Source: Mobula hypostoma
Lineage: Eukaryota
Direction: 5' to 3'
Assembly: GCF_963921235.1 (NCBI RefSeq)
Contig: NC_086097.1
Span: 46,378,001 to 46,442,000, forward strand
Length of the DNA: 64,000 nucleotides
The translations under genes and the position numbers were made by a program. The notes under the pieces are model-generated. The model worked only from the letters and a program-made list of their open reading frames with translations. It ran no database searches and was not told the DNA's origin. Position 1 is the stretch's first letter, and each line of letters begins with the position of its first letter. Below are positions 1-13,499 of the stretch, piece after piece.

Positions 1-164
1 TAGATTTGCATTATTGATAAACCTCAATCCATCACACTCTATATTTTTAATATATGGCATTAATATGACCTGTGAATTGCTTAAGACTCAATACTAATCT
101 CTGTGGAATCTTAATAGATGCATCGCAAGCTCAAAAGCCAATTTATCTTCATGATAGAGGATTA

Positions 165-590
165 AATTGGTAAATTGGTTTATTAATGTCACATGGTACA
201 AGGAAAAAACTTGTCTTGCACACTGTCCTTACAGATCAATTCATTGAGATAGTACAAAGTAAAATAATAAGTGCAGAATAAAAGTGTAACAGCTGCACAG
301 AAAGCGCAGTACAGGTAGATAGTAAGATACAAGGCCACAACAAAGTAAATTATGAGGTCAAGAATCTATCTTATTCTAGGAAAATTGTTCGATAGTCTTA
401 TAATAGCAGGATAGAAGCTGTCCTTGAGCCCAGTGGTATGTGCTTTCAGGCTTTTTGCATCTTCTGCCTGATGGGAAGGGAAGAATAGAGAATATTAGGC
501 TGGGCGGGATATTTGATCATGCTGACTGTTTTACTGAGGCTGTTTTCCAATGATGTACTGATCTGCATTTACAACTCTTTTGCAGTTAAA
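165..590 (-). mobile_element. Decayed 3' end of a Rex1/Babar-like LINE
   Basis: Starts with tail repeat (aaattggt)2 plus tttattaatgtcaca; AGAAGCTGTCC..CTGCCTGATGG segment resembles the other Rex1-type 3' ends in the window. Confidence 0.5.
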
Positions 591-2129
591 GAACAGAAAT
601 AGAAAAATCAAATGTTACCGCTCCCTACCCCATCTTCTTATGTAGTACTTTCTCAGAGGCATTTTGAAAACCAGATTAATTACATCTACTTGTTCTCTCT
701 TTACTACCATGGAAGACATTTCTACAAATGCTTTTTAGAAATCTGTATATGACAGCTGCAGTCACTTTACTTAACTAGTAACATTCTCAAAAAGTGTTTT
801 AAATAGATTACGGATTAATAAATGAATAAATCCAAGTGCACAAAATCACATTACAATACACACTTGTGTTACAAAGGAGACGCATGCCTAGAAAATGACC
901 CGTATTAAAATTTTTCTTAATGCGAACCCCTGACAAAATTTGTGGTTTCTTTTGCAATGGGCTTAATTGGCTTTCCCCTCCCCCCAGATAAAATCCATAA
1001 GAGCAATTTTTTTATTCCACATCTCAAAATATTTTGATGGTGATTTGTAATTCTGTATAAGTGAACTATTACCCAAAATGCTAAAACTAAAACTCAAAGT
1101 AAAAAGTCGCATTTTTATTCTACAAGAATCATAATATGCTGTTACAAATCTCTCCCTACATGAAATCTAATTTCTATAATACTGACTAGCTAGCTTTACT
1201 ATAAACCTAATGTACAGAAGCTTACTAAGGACAACAAAACCATGAACCTGAAGCCAGTGCAGTTTTTAAATTACAAATTGTTAAGAACTATACAAACAGA
1301 TAAAGCTCAAAAGGTAGAGTTCCTTCCATATCTGCAAAATTTCATACATGCTAATATATTTTATAGGTTTATTGAAATGACTATTGCTGCACTGTTAAAG
1401 GTTTTTTTCTACCGTATTATCTTGAATGACCCATATTCTCATGAGTTCAGAAGCATGGATATTTAAATATTTGAGATGACCCATATAGCATTGATAGCTG
1501 TTAAAAATACTAGTCTCATACTACATAGTAAATATGATAAAGTTTACTAGATGCAAGGTGCAAAATGTATATTAAAAAATCCTTCAACATCTTAAATACA
1601 TCTGCATTGTTGATTAAAACAAAAGACTGATGGAAAAAATACTGCTATGGGAACTGTAATGTTACATAGCTAACTTCAAAATGATTACACTGAACTAAAA
1701 TAATTTAACAATTTTGTATCATTTTAATAGTGGCAGAAAAGGCATCAGAGACACAGGAAAAGGTAAAACTAACTCTACAGGAGAAACTATTTAGCTCTAA
1801 GTTTAAAAATTGGCAATGGAAATAAACAAAGTAAAAATTAACAAATTTCCAGGGCCAGGCTGTTCTCCACTCAAATACAGGAACATAAGAAAATAAGAGT
1901 AACGGTAACCCATTTTGACCCCTAGCCATGGTCTGTCACTCAATGGGTTCATGATTAACACCCCCTTTCCACTTTCTCCACATTTCAACAAAAGACATGG
2001 GTTCAAATTTATTAATTTAGTATTCCAAAATTATTTGAGATATAGGTGTGAAAACAGCAAATGCTTGCATTGAAATCTTCCAAATTGCTCCTAATTGAAA
2101 ATTGACCCATCAAATCAGCTAAGTGAGAG

Positions 2130-2208
2130 TAAGAGTTCGGCACGAACTAGGAGGGCCGAGATGGCCTGTTTCCGTGCTGTAATTGTTATATGGTTATATA
2201 GTTATATG
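2130..2208 (+). mobile_element. Short CR1/SINE 3' tail
   Basis: GGGCCGA..GGCCTGTTTCCGTGCTGTA followed by (gttatat)n; same tail type as 51870-51920. Confidence 0.5.
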
Positions 2209-2479
2209 ATAAAATGTACTTAAAGGCAGGTTAGAAGTTCAGGTTAAACCTTTCCTTTGAGAAATATTGTTTATTTTACTAAAGTAATGAAAAGCTTATT
2301 TACATAATCTGTCTAACTGATTCATGCATACATGACAAACAAAAGGTAGTTTTTATATTCCACATGCATTTTACAAATCAGTCCAAAATTAAAATTGTCA
2401 GATGTGGTATGTGCATGTAGAGAACTCCAGTGAACATTATAGAATATGTGACTATTAAATATTCATTCTATTTACCACC

Positions 2480-2790
2480 AAACGCATTATGGCTGCCATA
2501 CATGGCACCTATAGAAAGTGCTACCACAACATGTCAAACCTGGATCTGTAGCATCCACCACACCTTCAAACTTTACCACCTAAAGTCATACATTAACATC
2601 ACCTTTCTGACTTGGAAAGTACCATTCCTTTGAGGTACTTGGTCAAGGGTCAAAATTTGGAACTAACTAGCAGCACTGCGGGAATACCTTCACCACGCAG
2701 ATGACCCGAGCCTGAAAAAAGTCATCTAATCTCAAGGCTCCATAAATGCAGATACACCCACATTTCCAGCTACACCCACATCCTTTGAAC
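2480..2790 (+). mobile_element. Old CR1-like 3' fragment
   Basis: Degenerate match to the remembered CR1 end motif (aaaat..ggaact..cagcactg..ggg..acc..caccac..cccacatcc). Confidence 0.4.
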
Positions 2791-3727
2791 CGGTTTGAAA
2801 AGCTAACAATTTCCAAAACTATAGTAGAGATTGCTAGTTACACCAAATGATGTGAATCTCAAATAATGCTGAAGATACGATTCTGATTTGAAGGGTACAC
2901 ATTGTAAAGCTACTACTTTTTGTGGCAAAAAAATCGTTTTCAAGCAATTTAAACGTGAAGCTGAACTGCTTTTCACCTTTGGAACAAAGCAAATCTTGCA
3001 AAGAGACAGCCAAGAGATATCCAACAGTTTAGCACTTTGTGCCAGATGTGATATAATGCATCACCATTCAGTTGTTAATCTTATTACTGACGTCAATGAA
3101 AGAGCACAGGAAGTGAATCCTCTTAATTTGGAACATAACAGAATGCTGACCACCAAACAGAATATTAAAACTATTACTACTCTCACATAACTAACGTTAT
3201 ATCAGTCTCCAACGTTCAGTTGCAAACTAATCTCTAGAAGAATCATATTAAGAATTAAAATGTGGATAAACTTGTGGTAGAAGAAAAGCGCCACACCTTT
3301 TAAGCATCATCTCTCCACCTAATTATCTCAAATTGTGAAATACATGGATACTGGTAAATAAAAGTCAATAGTACTGTAATGACTGCAGTGGATCAAGCAG
3401 TTGTCATTCATGTTAGTAAGGAAACATATTTTATATAGGAATCAAACACAACTATTACCATTAGGTAAACTTTGTGTTGAATTCCATTTTTTTATCCGTC
3501 TGTATTCTTAAGAGAACCACATTTAAACGCTCGAAACACAATATGGATTACTAATTGCTAGTTTTAATAAATACCATTTTCCGACGCTTTACATCGCCAG
3601 GGAAGATCAAAGCGATTCATTAAAAAAAAGTGTCTCGAAAGAGAGTAAACACAGTTGGTTCGCGCATATGGACACAGGTCAAATAACGTTTATGATGTTA
3701 CAATGGATCACCTAAGGTTTTGCTTAC

Positions 3728-3902
3728 CCCATTCCAGGAATTCTGCGATGTATTTTTCCCGTCGTATAGGCGAGCTGCTACATTCGTTATACAAACATAT
3801 TAAAATATCCAACAAAGTCTCCACGCTCATTGAACTTGAGTTATTCTGAGGTCCGTTCAGGAGCAATTGCTCCAACTTCTTCAGTCGAACCTTCGCTGAC
3901 AT
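3728..3902 (-). CDS. CDC42BPB: First coding exon of serine/threonine kinase MRCK-beta (58 codons + 1 nt, phase-1 donor)
   Basis: Translation [58 protein letters not shown] matches the vertebrate MRCK-beta N-terminus; canonical GTAAG donor directly after; adjacent CpG island. Confidence 0.95.
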
Positions 3903-4008
3903 TTTATCGTTTCAACTTTATTTTTTGTCTAACCCTAAAACGATCCTCCTCAAAGGGCGACTGTTGAGCGCCTCACTCGTCCGAAAGAGATCAAAGCAGT
4001 GATTTATT

Positions 4009-4041
4009 TCACATTAAAAACGCAGGAACAGACATTTTCAT
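4009..4041 (-). promoter_or_regulatory. Candidate uORF MKMSVPAFLM* in CDC42BPB 5' leader
   Basis: accATGAAAATG...TTAATGTGA, ending ~105 nt before the main ATG; assumes the TSS lies further upstream. Confidence 0.55.
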
Positions 4042-4077
4042 GGTTGAAGTTAAAAGGTAAAAATATATCAGCCACAC

Positions 4078-4095
4078 TCAGGCCCAGCTAGCCAT
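4078..4095 (-). promoter_or_regulatory. Candidate uORF MASWA* in CDC42BPB 5' leader
   Basis: attATGGCTAGCTGGGCCTGA, strong Kozak context (A at -3, G at +4). Confidence 0.55.
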
Positions 4096-4640
4096 AATAT
4101 TTTCTTCCCTCGCTTTCCCCGCTACAAAAATAATCGATCCTTTCCTCTGCCAAAATAAACTTAAGCCTTAGTTAAACTGAAGCCCTGCCCTGCAAAGCCA
4201 GCTCGGCTGCTCAAGTGCGTTGTTCATTTCCTTTTTTTTCGCTCTCCCGAAGCGCCTCGGCGTCTTGTCGTCAGTGTGAAGCCGGCGGCGCTCATCCCAC
4301 GGTCCGCCTCGTTACGTGCCTCGATCCTCGTCCTTCTGCCGCCCAGGACCCAGATATCGGCCGTCACGGACTTGATTTCTCCGTTATCGTGCACGGGCAA
4401 ATAGGGCCGATTTAAGGGCACCCCTACTCCGACACTGACCGCCTCTTCGCAATCGGACACCCTCCACAAAGCAAACCCACCGGAAACAGACAGACGTCAC
4501 CTGATTGACAGCACCCCCCTCCCCCCATTGGCAACAGGGTGGAACCTGGAGAGCGAGCTCGCGAGCGCGAGGGTCGGGAACGTGTCGCGGCAGATGCACG
4601 CTGCGTGCTTGGTAGCCTTAGGCACGGTGGGAGAGAATGA
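4080..4640 (-). promoter_or_regulatory. CpG island / promoter and 5' UTR of CDC42BPB
   Basis: High GC and CpG density against AT-rich flanks; ETS-like CCGGAA 4480-4485, CRE-like GACGTCA ~4493-4499, C-rich box ~4514-4526, CCAAT (minus) 4527-4531, palindrome GCTCGCGAGC 4557-4566. Confidence 0.8.
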
Positions 4641-6582
4641 GCAGGACAAGTCAAAGCAAGGCTCGATGCAAACTAACTTGTCACTTTATTCTATTTTCCA
4701 CACGCTAGGTTAACCTTAGGATGTGTAGAGCATAGTCCCTGCTATAGATCTGAACGTAATATAAAATGAAAAAAATGGCTCTCCTTTTAAGTATAGCAAG
4801 TGCCCAGGAATACGTAATATCTAGATCGAAAAATGTTAATACCTGTTTTAGAGAAAATAGTGTATTTATTGGTCAGTGTATTTCAAAACTGTAAATATTC
4901 TCATCTCAAGTGGATATGTAAAATCTAGGGCTGCGCGTTCATTGAAAAGTATTTTTCGTTAGTCTTAACCCTACGTCTTTTCTAAGAAGCATGACTCGAT
5001 GCAAGGTCTCAATTTGAAACATGGGCTAGCCCTTTGCTTCCCCAGATGCCGCCTGAGCCGCCGAGTTCCTCCAGCACTCTTTCCATAAATCATTGGGTTT
5101 TCATTTTCAAACCTTCTGTAAATAATTGCGAAATACTGTTTCTTAATTGCCCTCTGTGAAATGAATATGGTACCTTGTGAATAACCTTTGATACTTACTC
5201 TCAATTTACACTTAGCAAGGTTTTACATACTGTTTTGCTGAACTAAGATTACGGGTAAAAATTGGCCAAGCCACCATTGTACTGTCAAGCTTTTCTTCAG
5301 GTGAAAGATAACACCTCCGATAATGTAACTCCCTCAGCCCCTCAGTGTCAGGCGAGATGCCGGATACCACCTGAACCCCTTTTGCATCCTGCAGCTACAT
5401 ATTGTCTGCAGTAAAAGAATTTCAGTGATCTGTTTTGTTTAAAAAAAACTGATTTGGTAAAGGGTTTCTTCAAAAGATCAGCATTGCTGGAATTACTTGA
5501 CTTCAACTTGAATTAATAATATTTGCACAAAAATAAAAATAAAATGCATCATCTTACAATGTGCATTCTGTGCAATGCTTGACTATGCTTAACCAGGAGG
5601 TATTGATCTGAGAATTTAGATGCCATGGAATGGATTGCAAGACACAACAAGGTAATGAAACATATTATTGGGTTTTGGCAAAAGGAATAAGCACAGTACT
5701 AGACTATAACCTACAGTAGATGCTGTTCTAGAGGGACAGCTCAACCCATACAAACTCAGGGAGGTGAGAATGCTGCTACCTGAGTTACCATTGGGAGGAG
5801 TATATGATGCTTGGTATTGGTCTGAAGAACCAGAAATCATGATTGTGATATCAATGTGCTGAAATTGGTTGGCACCAGGGGAAAAATAAAAGTGTTAAAA
5901 TAAGGTTTGCTTCGTAGACTTTTAGGAACATAAAGATAACAATTTAATTTAATGATTAACATCAAAGGGTATACAGCAGATGCTGGTTGTCTTTGGGTCT
6001 AGTGAGATTTTTAATAAGTAAATTTTGACTTTGAAAGCTAGCATATAATTCATATATTGCTTCTTCCACTGTTTTGTAGTCACTAATAGTCCTTCATGAC
6101 CCCTGGGCTTCAAATCTGCGCTGTTTTACCTGTATCCCTCTCACCGGGCTCATTTGCAAACTTGGCTTGATAGCTAACTTGGCTAACAGCCTTGTGAATC
6201 AGTGATGAGCAGGCCCCCCTTCATAAACAACATACATCTAGAGTTGGTATGATTTCGGGTTCAATCAAACAGGAAATTCGTGATGTTCCAATTAAAGAAA
6301 CCTCGATTAGAGTGAATGTTGAGTAAATACTGCCCATACACAATTATCAGTCAGCAAGAAATAACAAATTGTCCACCATATAAAATTATTTTAAAAGTAT
6401 ATTTACCAATTTCAGCTTTATCAAACAGTTAATAGGAAAAATAAGAAATGCAAAGAAACCAGTCCAATGTGCACATAACCATTGGAGCTCCTACTGGAGT
6501 ATTCAGGAGTGTATCTCTTACTCACACACTGGACCAATGGTCTGCGTGAAAATGCCCACCACATTTTCAAACTCCTCTTGAA

Positions 6583-6584
<2 letters not shown>

Positions 6585-6647
<63 letters not shown>
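6585..6647. repeat. (CT)~31 microsatellite
   Basis: Uninterrupted dinucleotide run. Confidence 0.98.
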
Positions 6648-6650
<3 letters not shown>

Positions 6651-7942
6651 TTGGCTCTTCCTCTTTGGAGTGACTCATCTGCACAAAGCACTTCTTCCAA
6701 CAGGGGCTCTCCTTCCAGCGGCATTCTGCAGCATCATCCCTTCTGTCCCGCTCCGCAGCCCCTGCCTAAAGTCCCCAAACCAGACTAGTGTCCTTCAGAA
6801 AACTCTGCTACACAGTTCTCTCGAACCTTCTGTCAAACCCCACAATCCTGATTGGCTGAATCACATTTCTAAACTGGACAACATGGGTCCTTATCTTAGT
6901 CGAAGCCAAAACACACTTTCCAGCATGCACACTACTTCTACAGAAAACTGCTCATATAACCTACCTCAAAACATAGCAGTGGAAATCTTAACCAGGGCAT
7001 TTCATACTCTTCAGGTGCAGGACATCCACTCGCCTTATCTATTCACACGTCCTGACTATTAATTTGTAAGTGTTGCATTCTGACAAAAGTCATCAATCTG
7101 CAACTATAATTCTATTTACTTCTATATTAACATATTTCCTGATTCTTAGTGAATCAAACAATTACTTTAATTTTAAAATTTAGCTTAAATTTTAATTTTA
7201 AAATTTCACATCAGCCTTTAAGAGACACCATCCAGTCTTTTTGCAGCTACCATCGGGCAACAGGTCCACCAGCTTCTTAAACCACCACTAATTCCCTTCA
7301 ACCGTTGAAATAATCATAATCACTACAGTTTAGCACACCACTACTATCAACGCTGACAGTTTTGCAGTAAAAGTGACTTTGTTTTTGTTCTAATTGTGTC
7401 TTTTTATTATAAAAATATATTTAGTTTATGTTTTCTTGAATTTTGTTGACATGATGATATATGCCTGTGGTGAAGCTGTATTCCAAGTAAGTATACATGT
7501 GGATCTGACATTAAACTCGACTTTGACAATATGCATGCAGAAATAATGATGATGAAACTTTATTGGCCTGGCGATGGATCCGTCTGGAAAGGAGAACTAT
7601 TGATATGCACACATTGTCATAAATATTTGAATATCAGCAATTGCTTGGTCAGTAGCATCTTTGTCTTGAGTTAATGTCAACTTCCCAAGAGCACACGAAC
7701 TAGGCACCAAGAAACTACTGCACTACCTGAGATGTCAACTTAATGAGATGTTAAGTCAAGGCTGAAAACATGGTGCAAAAGATCTGATTGCATGCTAAAA
7801 AAATGGCTGTAAAATTTTGGAGGGTATTTTGAAGACTCTATTATCAATCATGTACAGTACTAATATAGGCAAAGGATATTGAGGTGGCTAATCAAATCAG
7901 CTGAAAATCTTAGCTGTCAATATGGTTTACTTTATGTATTTA

Positions 7943-8085
7943 GAGATACAGGCACTTTCGGCCAAAAGAGCCCACGTGTCCAATTACCCTGATGTGACTA
8001 ATTAACCTACTAACCCAAACATTCTTGGTATGTGGGAAGAAGTCAGAGTACCTGGAGGAAATCCACATGGTCAAGGGGAGGATTA
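7943..8085 (-). mobile_element. V-SINE (HE1-like) fragment
   Basis: Reverse complement matches the central domain of the SINE at 40640-40930 (tttcctcc.ggt.ctc...ttc.tcccaca..ccaaga..gttagtaggttaat). Confidence 0.65.
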
Positions 8086-8398
8086 TGAAAGTTCCCTGTC
8101 TCCCATCCACTTCCATCTTCTAATTCAGTAAAAATTAGAACATCAAAGACACTTCATTTCTTCTCCACAAATGCAATACTCTGATAATAACTGTATTCCA
8201 CATTTAAACACGGCAGGATAATATTTCTGAGTCAGAGTGATGAGTGACTTGGAGAGGATCCTACAGATCTACCTGTCGTATTTTTGGTGATGGATATTGG
8301 AGAGGTTAGAAGTTATCAGGGCAGCCAAACTGAATGACTGCAGTGCAATTTATAGATAGCACAAACTGTGCTTCAGTGATGGAGGGAACATGGTGGTA

Positions 8399-8969
8399 CT
8401 GTACTGTGCAAAAGTCTTAGGCAAATATATACACAGTAGCTAGGATGCCTAAGATTTCTGCACAGTACTGACCATTGGTCAACGTGGAGCAGAGGGCAAG
8501 TTTGTCAATCAGGTGGGAGCAAAGAATGTTGGGAATGGCGAGGTGGAGCATCGCGGGAGGTGTGTGGGACAGATGACAGAGAAGGAGTGCCAGGGGCAGG
8601 AAGTGACACAGGTGCAGACACACCTAGACCTGAGACACCAGGCAAGGTCATTTGATTCCAAACAATTGGTTTATTTATCATTACTGAATGTCTCTGTGGT
8701 GTTATCTCCATTCCCTCTCCCTTCCAATTTTCGCAAACATAATTTCTCTCTCCCTGCCCCCTTCCCACTCTCAGTTCATAATAGAGAGCCATATCAGAGT
8801 CAGGTTTATCATTATTCACGTATGTCATGAATTTTGATTTTTTTGCACAGCCGCTGTGCAATGCAATGCATAAAATTACTACATAACCATGCAGAAGTCT
8901 TAGGCAGCCTAGCTATATTATATACATACATGATATAGCTAGGGTGCCTAAGACTTTTGCATAGTACTG
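8399..8969. mobile_element. Composite Tc1/mariner-like MITE: two palindromic mini-units flanking ~410 bp
   Basis: TIR c(a/t)GTACTGTGCAAAAGTCTTAGGCA occurs four times (pairs 8399-8470 and 8882-8969); TA on both outer sides; flanks read as one interrupted old CR1. Confidence 0.7.
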
Positions 8970-11589
8970 TAAATCAAGTGGACTGCTTTCTCCTGGATGG
9001 TATTCAATCTTTTATGAATTAAAACTGCACTATCCAGCGCACAGTTGATGTGGCTGGAAGATGAATGAAGGGCTTTGGGATGCCAAGTGCAGAGTCACTT
9101 TCTACAGGATACCTAGCCTCTGAATATACTTGGAACCACATATTTAAGTGGTTGGCCCTGTTGGTTTACTGGTCAATTCCCATGGCAATGTCTGGGACTG
9201 GGATATGTGCCACCCAGAAACTATAACCACCTTTCTTTAGGTGAGGTATGGCCCCATAAATGGAACGTTTTTCCCTCGATGTCTTTCATATTTACCAGAT
9301 GCCACACATTATCAGTTGCTGCACCCTCAGGTGCAACATTCTCAGACTGGCTAGTCATTGAAGTGAAACCAAAAGGATAAAAAACTAAAAGTAGAATCAC
9401 TGCCCTCATGGTACATTAACATTTCACAGCCACTGATAGATACTTCATTCCCCTCTCTTCAACAATAAATTGTATTAATCTCAATTGATGGAATATAAAT
9501 CTTGTAATATAATTGATTTACATTTTCTTACAGTGAATTGAAATTGAAATTGAAAATGGTCAGTGGATGGAACAAGTCTGTCCCTTGTCACAGTAAAGCA
9601 TCACTAGATGCCTTTCTGAGGACAAGTAAGACCTATAGGAGAATTATTTTCTTTTCTAATAAGAGGAAGAAGCCTGGCAGCAATACCATGAAGGCCTGGT
9701 TTAAGACAGCTGCAAAATGCAACATCTTAATGTGGTTCTGTCTCTAGAGTTCAACATTGAAATTGTTGATGAGCAGCTTGGTGCATTTGTCTGCATCTTG
9801 ATGTTTACATTACTTGTAACGAATTCTACATTCTTAATTCCATTCCAATTCAATGCTTCCCAGCAACTCCTGGAATCACTCTTGGTCTATGCTCTTCATC
9901 ACATGCACAGTTGTCCAGCACCATCAATGTTCCATCTACTAGAAACACAGGAACAGGAGAGACTATTTAGTACCTTGAATGTTTCAACATTCAAAGGTCC
10001 GCCATTCCGTCGTATTCTTGCTAGCATTGGTTATTAAAAGAGCATCAGTCCCAGATTAAAATTCATATCTGGCCTTGCTTGAACTGTGGCTTAAGAAAGT
10101 TCCAAATTAAGTCCAATGTCACACTTTGCCCTCTTAGCCCATATATGTTGGCTAACATTTCATTAAATGTGCTCTCCACTCGTCTGTTTAACACACATAT
10201 CACTCTAACTTGTATGTCTATACCTGCAGTAGGAAAGGGCATATAACATTACAGTGAGGTAGAGAATTGGAAATGAATGTCAGCTACCGGAGGCAACCTT
10301 GGAGATAGCTATCAAGATGTAATACATCACTTTCTGAAGTAGGGAAATAAGGTATACCTTGGACACATAATAACCAAATTTTGTCTCATTCTAACACGTT
10401 GTATATAACCCATGTCTGATTAGAGTTAACAGGAAGAGTTAAGTAATCATATGAATAATGATAACAATAGAAGTCTTACCTTCACAGCTTAAATTATCAT
10501 TAATATTACACACTAAAAGCCTTTACTCATCCTCTGAGACATTCAGACGATAGAGGCTCATCCTTGAGGGAAGTCACTCATTCTGAAGTGCACCATCACA
10601 GGACTCACACCTACCAAATGTTCAGATTTCAGTGCAACTCTTAAGTTAGAGGCTTGTTTTTTTTTCACCTAGTGCCCCACACCCTAGAAAGCACCAAGAG
10701 CTGATGGTGAAGACTAGCAGTGGAAGGACAATGCTCCGGGCTTTACTCACTGGGATAGATGCTGCAGGTTGGGGATTATCAACCATCAGGGTATTTCTGG
10801 AGCAAAACTGAGATGACATATGTAGGAAGATGCTTCATCCCACAGCAACAACTTGTAAAGTCATTAGGTTCTGTCTCCAATGTGAGTGGCATGAAGATGG
10901 CTATGTCTGGGAAAAGGTGGCTCTTTGAATGGAGCTTAAAAGAAGGGAAGCTAACACTTGCATGCAGGACTCTCATTGTGATTTTTCATGGTAACAACAC
11001 CATCTTCAATGAACTACTTGATACCTGAATCTTGACAATCAGTATATCGCTGACCTTAGCAAACTACCTGCTAGCTCACTGTTGGCATGAAAACTTGGGA
11101 GAAACAAGAAAGGGAAAATCACGAGACGGCACATGGAAGTCTGGGCTCTGATCAAAGTGCTTCATCTTCTGCTGTCTCCATGCCCACGCATCCCAATGGC
11201 TGTAAGGATGTAGGTGTGCATTAGCTTGAAACTGCAGAAGATGTCAGCTAAGAGCACATCAGGAGTTAGGCCGTGGGAAGATCTGAGCATTTACGAGATG
11301 GCAGCACAAGCCACATAACAAGCATGGCTTGAACATGCCTAACAGTCCCAATCAGAATCCCACTTAAGTTTCATCTTTAGTGATATTACTGAGGCAGCTT
11401 CAAAGGAACTGGATAAGGACTTGAAAAGAAAATGCGGAGAAACAGAGTGTAATAGGACAGACTGGATCATTCTATATCTGTAATCTTTCTGTGATTCTGT
11501 ACCTCTATGTCAAAAAATGAGCCATCCTAATCAATCATCCTATACTCACTTTGACCATCAAACAATGGAGGAACCGTCACAAACTCCCA

Positions 11590-13217
11590 CAGACCCCAAA
11601 TATCCTGTGATTTTAGTCTCTGAGGCCGACATATGAGCAGCCTTCAGAATGGGGAATCCATGAGAAGCATCCGGCTGGCCAAGTGCTAACGACCTGTGCT
11701 GATCAACTGGCTGGAATGTTCACTGAGATACTTATCTCTGGCATCAGTAGTCTGAGATACCCACCTGCTTCAAGCAGATTTCACTTATACAGGTGCCTAT
11801 GAGGAACTTGGAAACCTGCCTCAATGGCTATCACCTACAGTGATGAAGTATGTTGAGAGGCTGGTGATAAAATATACCAATTCCTGCCTGAGAAGCGACT
11901 TGGATCCGCTCCAATTTGCCTGCCAGTGCAACAGGTCCACAGCAGATGCCACTTCATTGGCTTTCCACCCAACCCTGGAACATCTGGACCGCAAAGTTGC
12001 ATACATCAGGATGATCTTTACCAACTACATCTTGGCATTCAACACTACCATCCCCTCTAAACTAGTCAATAAGCTTCAAGGTTTGTCCTCAATACCTCTT
12101 TGTGCAATTGGATCCTTGATTTCCTCACTTGTAGACCCCAGTCAGTTTGGATTGGCAAAAACATTAGCACAAGTCCTCCACAAGACTGTGTGCCTATTTC
12201 CTGCTTTACTCGCTATGTACATATGACTGTGAGGTTAAGCAAGGCTCCTATACCATTTTCAAGTTTGCTGATGACACCTCTATCGTAGGTTGAATCAAAA
12301 GTGGTGACAAATAAGCACAGAGATGGAAAATCTAACATGAGGGTGCCACAAAAACCTCTTACTCAATGTCAGCAAGACCAAAGAGCTGATTATTGACTTC
12401 AGGAGGAGGAAATCGGAGCTTCATGAGCCAGTCCTCATTGGAGGAGCCGAGGTGGAGAGGGTCAGCAAATTTAAATTCCTCAGTGTTATCATTTCAGAGT
12501 GCCTGCCTTAGGCCCAGCACATAAGTGCCACTACAAAGAAAGCATGACAGTGCCTCTAATTCCTTAAGAACTTGTGAAGATTCAGCATAGCATCTAAAAC
12601 TTTGACAAACTTCTATAGATGTGTAGTGGAGAATATATTGACTGGTTGCATCACAGCCTGGTATGGAAACTACAATGCCCTTGAACAGAAAATCCTGCAA
12701 AAAGTAGTGGATACAGTCCAGTTCATCACAGGTAAAGCCCTCCCTAACATTGAATACATCTACATGAAATGCTGTCACAGGAAAGCAGCATCCATCATCA
12801 GGAACTCCACCACACAGGTCATATTCTGTTCTCACTGCTGCCATTAGGAAGAAAGTACAGGAGCCTCAGAACCCACACCACCAGGTTCAGGAAGAGTTAC
12901 TACCCCTCTTGAACCAAAGGGGATAAATTGTCTCAATTTCACTTGCCCCATCATTTATCCCTCAACTTATGGACTCGCTTTCAAGGACTCTTTATCTCAT
13001 GTTCTCGATATTTATTGATTACTTATCTATTTATATTATTTATTTCTTTTTCATATTTGCACAGTTTGTTGTCTTTTGCACACTGGGTGAATGCCCAAGT
13101 TGGTGTGGTCTTTCATTGATTCTATTATCGATTTATTAAGCAGGCGTGAAAGAACATGAATCGGAGGGCTGTATATGGTGACATACAAGTACCTTAATAA
13201 TAAATTAACTTTGAACT
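11590..13217 (+). mobile_element. Decayed Rex1/Babar-like LINE (RT and 3' UTR)
   Basis: ORF pieces LDPLQFAC..NRSTADA..LEHLD..YIRMIF..AFNT.IPSKL and NFYRCVVENILTGCITAWYGN; tail aataaattaactttgaac. Confidence 0.85.
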
Positions 13218-13499
13218 ATTCCTGCTGGTTAGGCTTCCTGAGGGCTGCACCTCCCTCAAGATCCCTTTGTTCCTGCATTTCTGTAATTGAATGAGGATAA
13301 ATGTAGATTTCACAAAGATAAGTGCTTAAAAAAACAGACATTTTGGTAGGAGCAACAGAAAAGAAAGCCTATTACTACTTCTTATTACTATTCCTGAAAA
13401 GGTTACCAAAGGAAGGTGCCAATATAATTACAAATACCAATATAATTCCGGAGCAGAGTAATGATGGTGCTAAACAGCGACTCCTTTGTTTGCATCTTC

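Larger units (their letters stand above)
1..3727 (-). other. CDC42BPB: Intron 1 of CDC42BPB (continues beyond window start)
   Basis: Donor G|GTAAGC on the minus strand at 3727; no further kinase exon recognisable in 1-3727. Confidence 0.85.

Noticed and set aside
4215..4713. Several overlapping short ORFs
   Set aside because: Expected from stop-codon scarcity in a CpG island; no recognisable protein
6421..6724. ORFs with ERERER / LSLSLS runs
   Set aside because: Translations of the (CT)n microsatellite
10520..11380. Possible decayed Harbinger-associated sequence
   Set aside because: No TIR, TSD or convincing protein motif found
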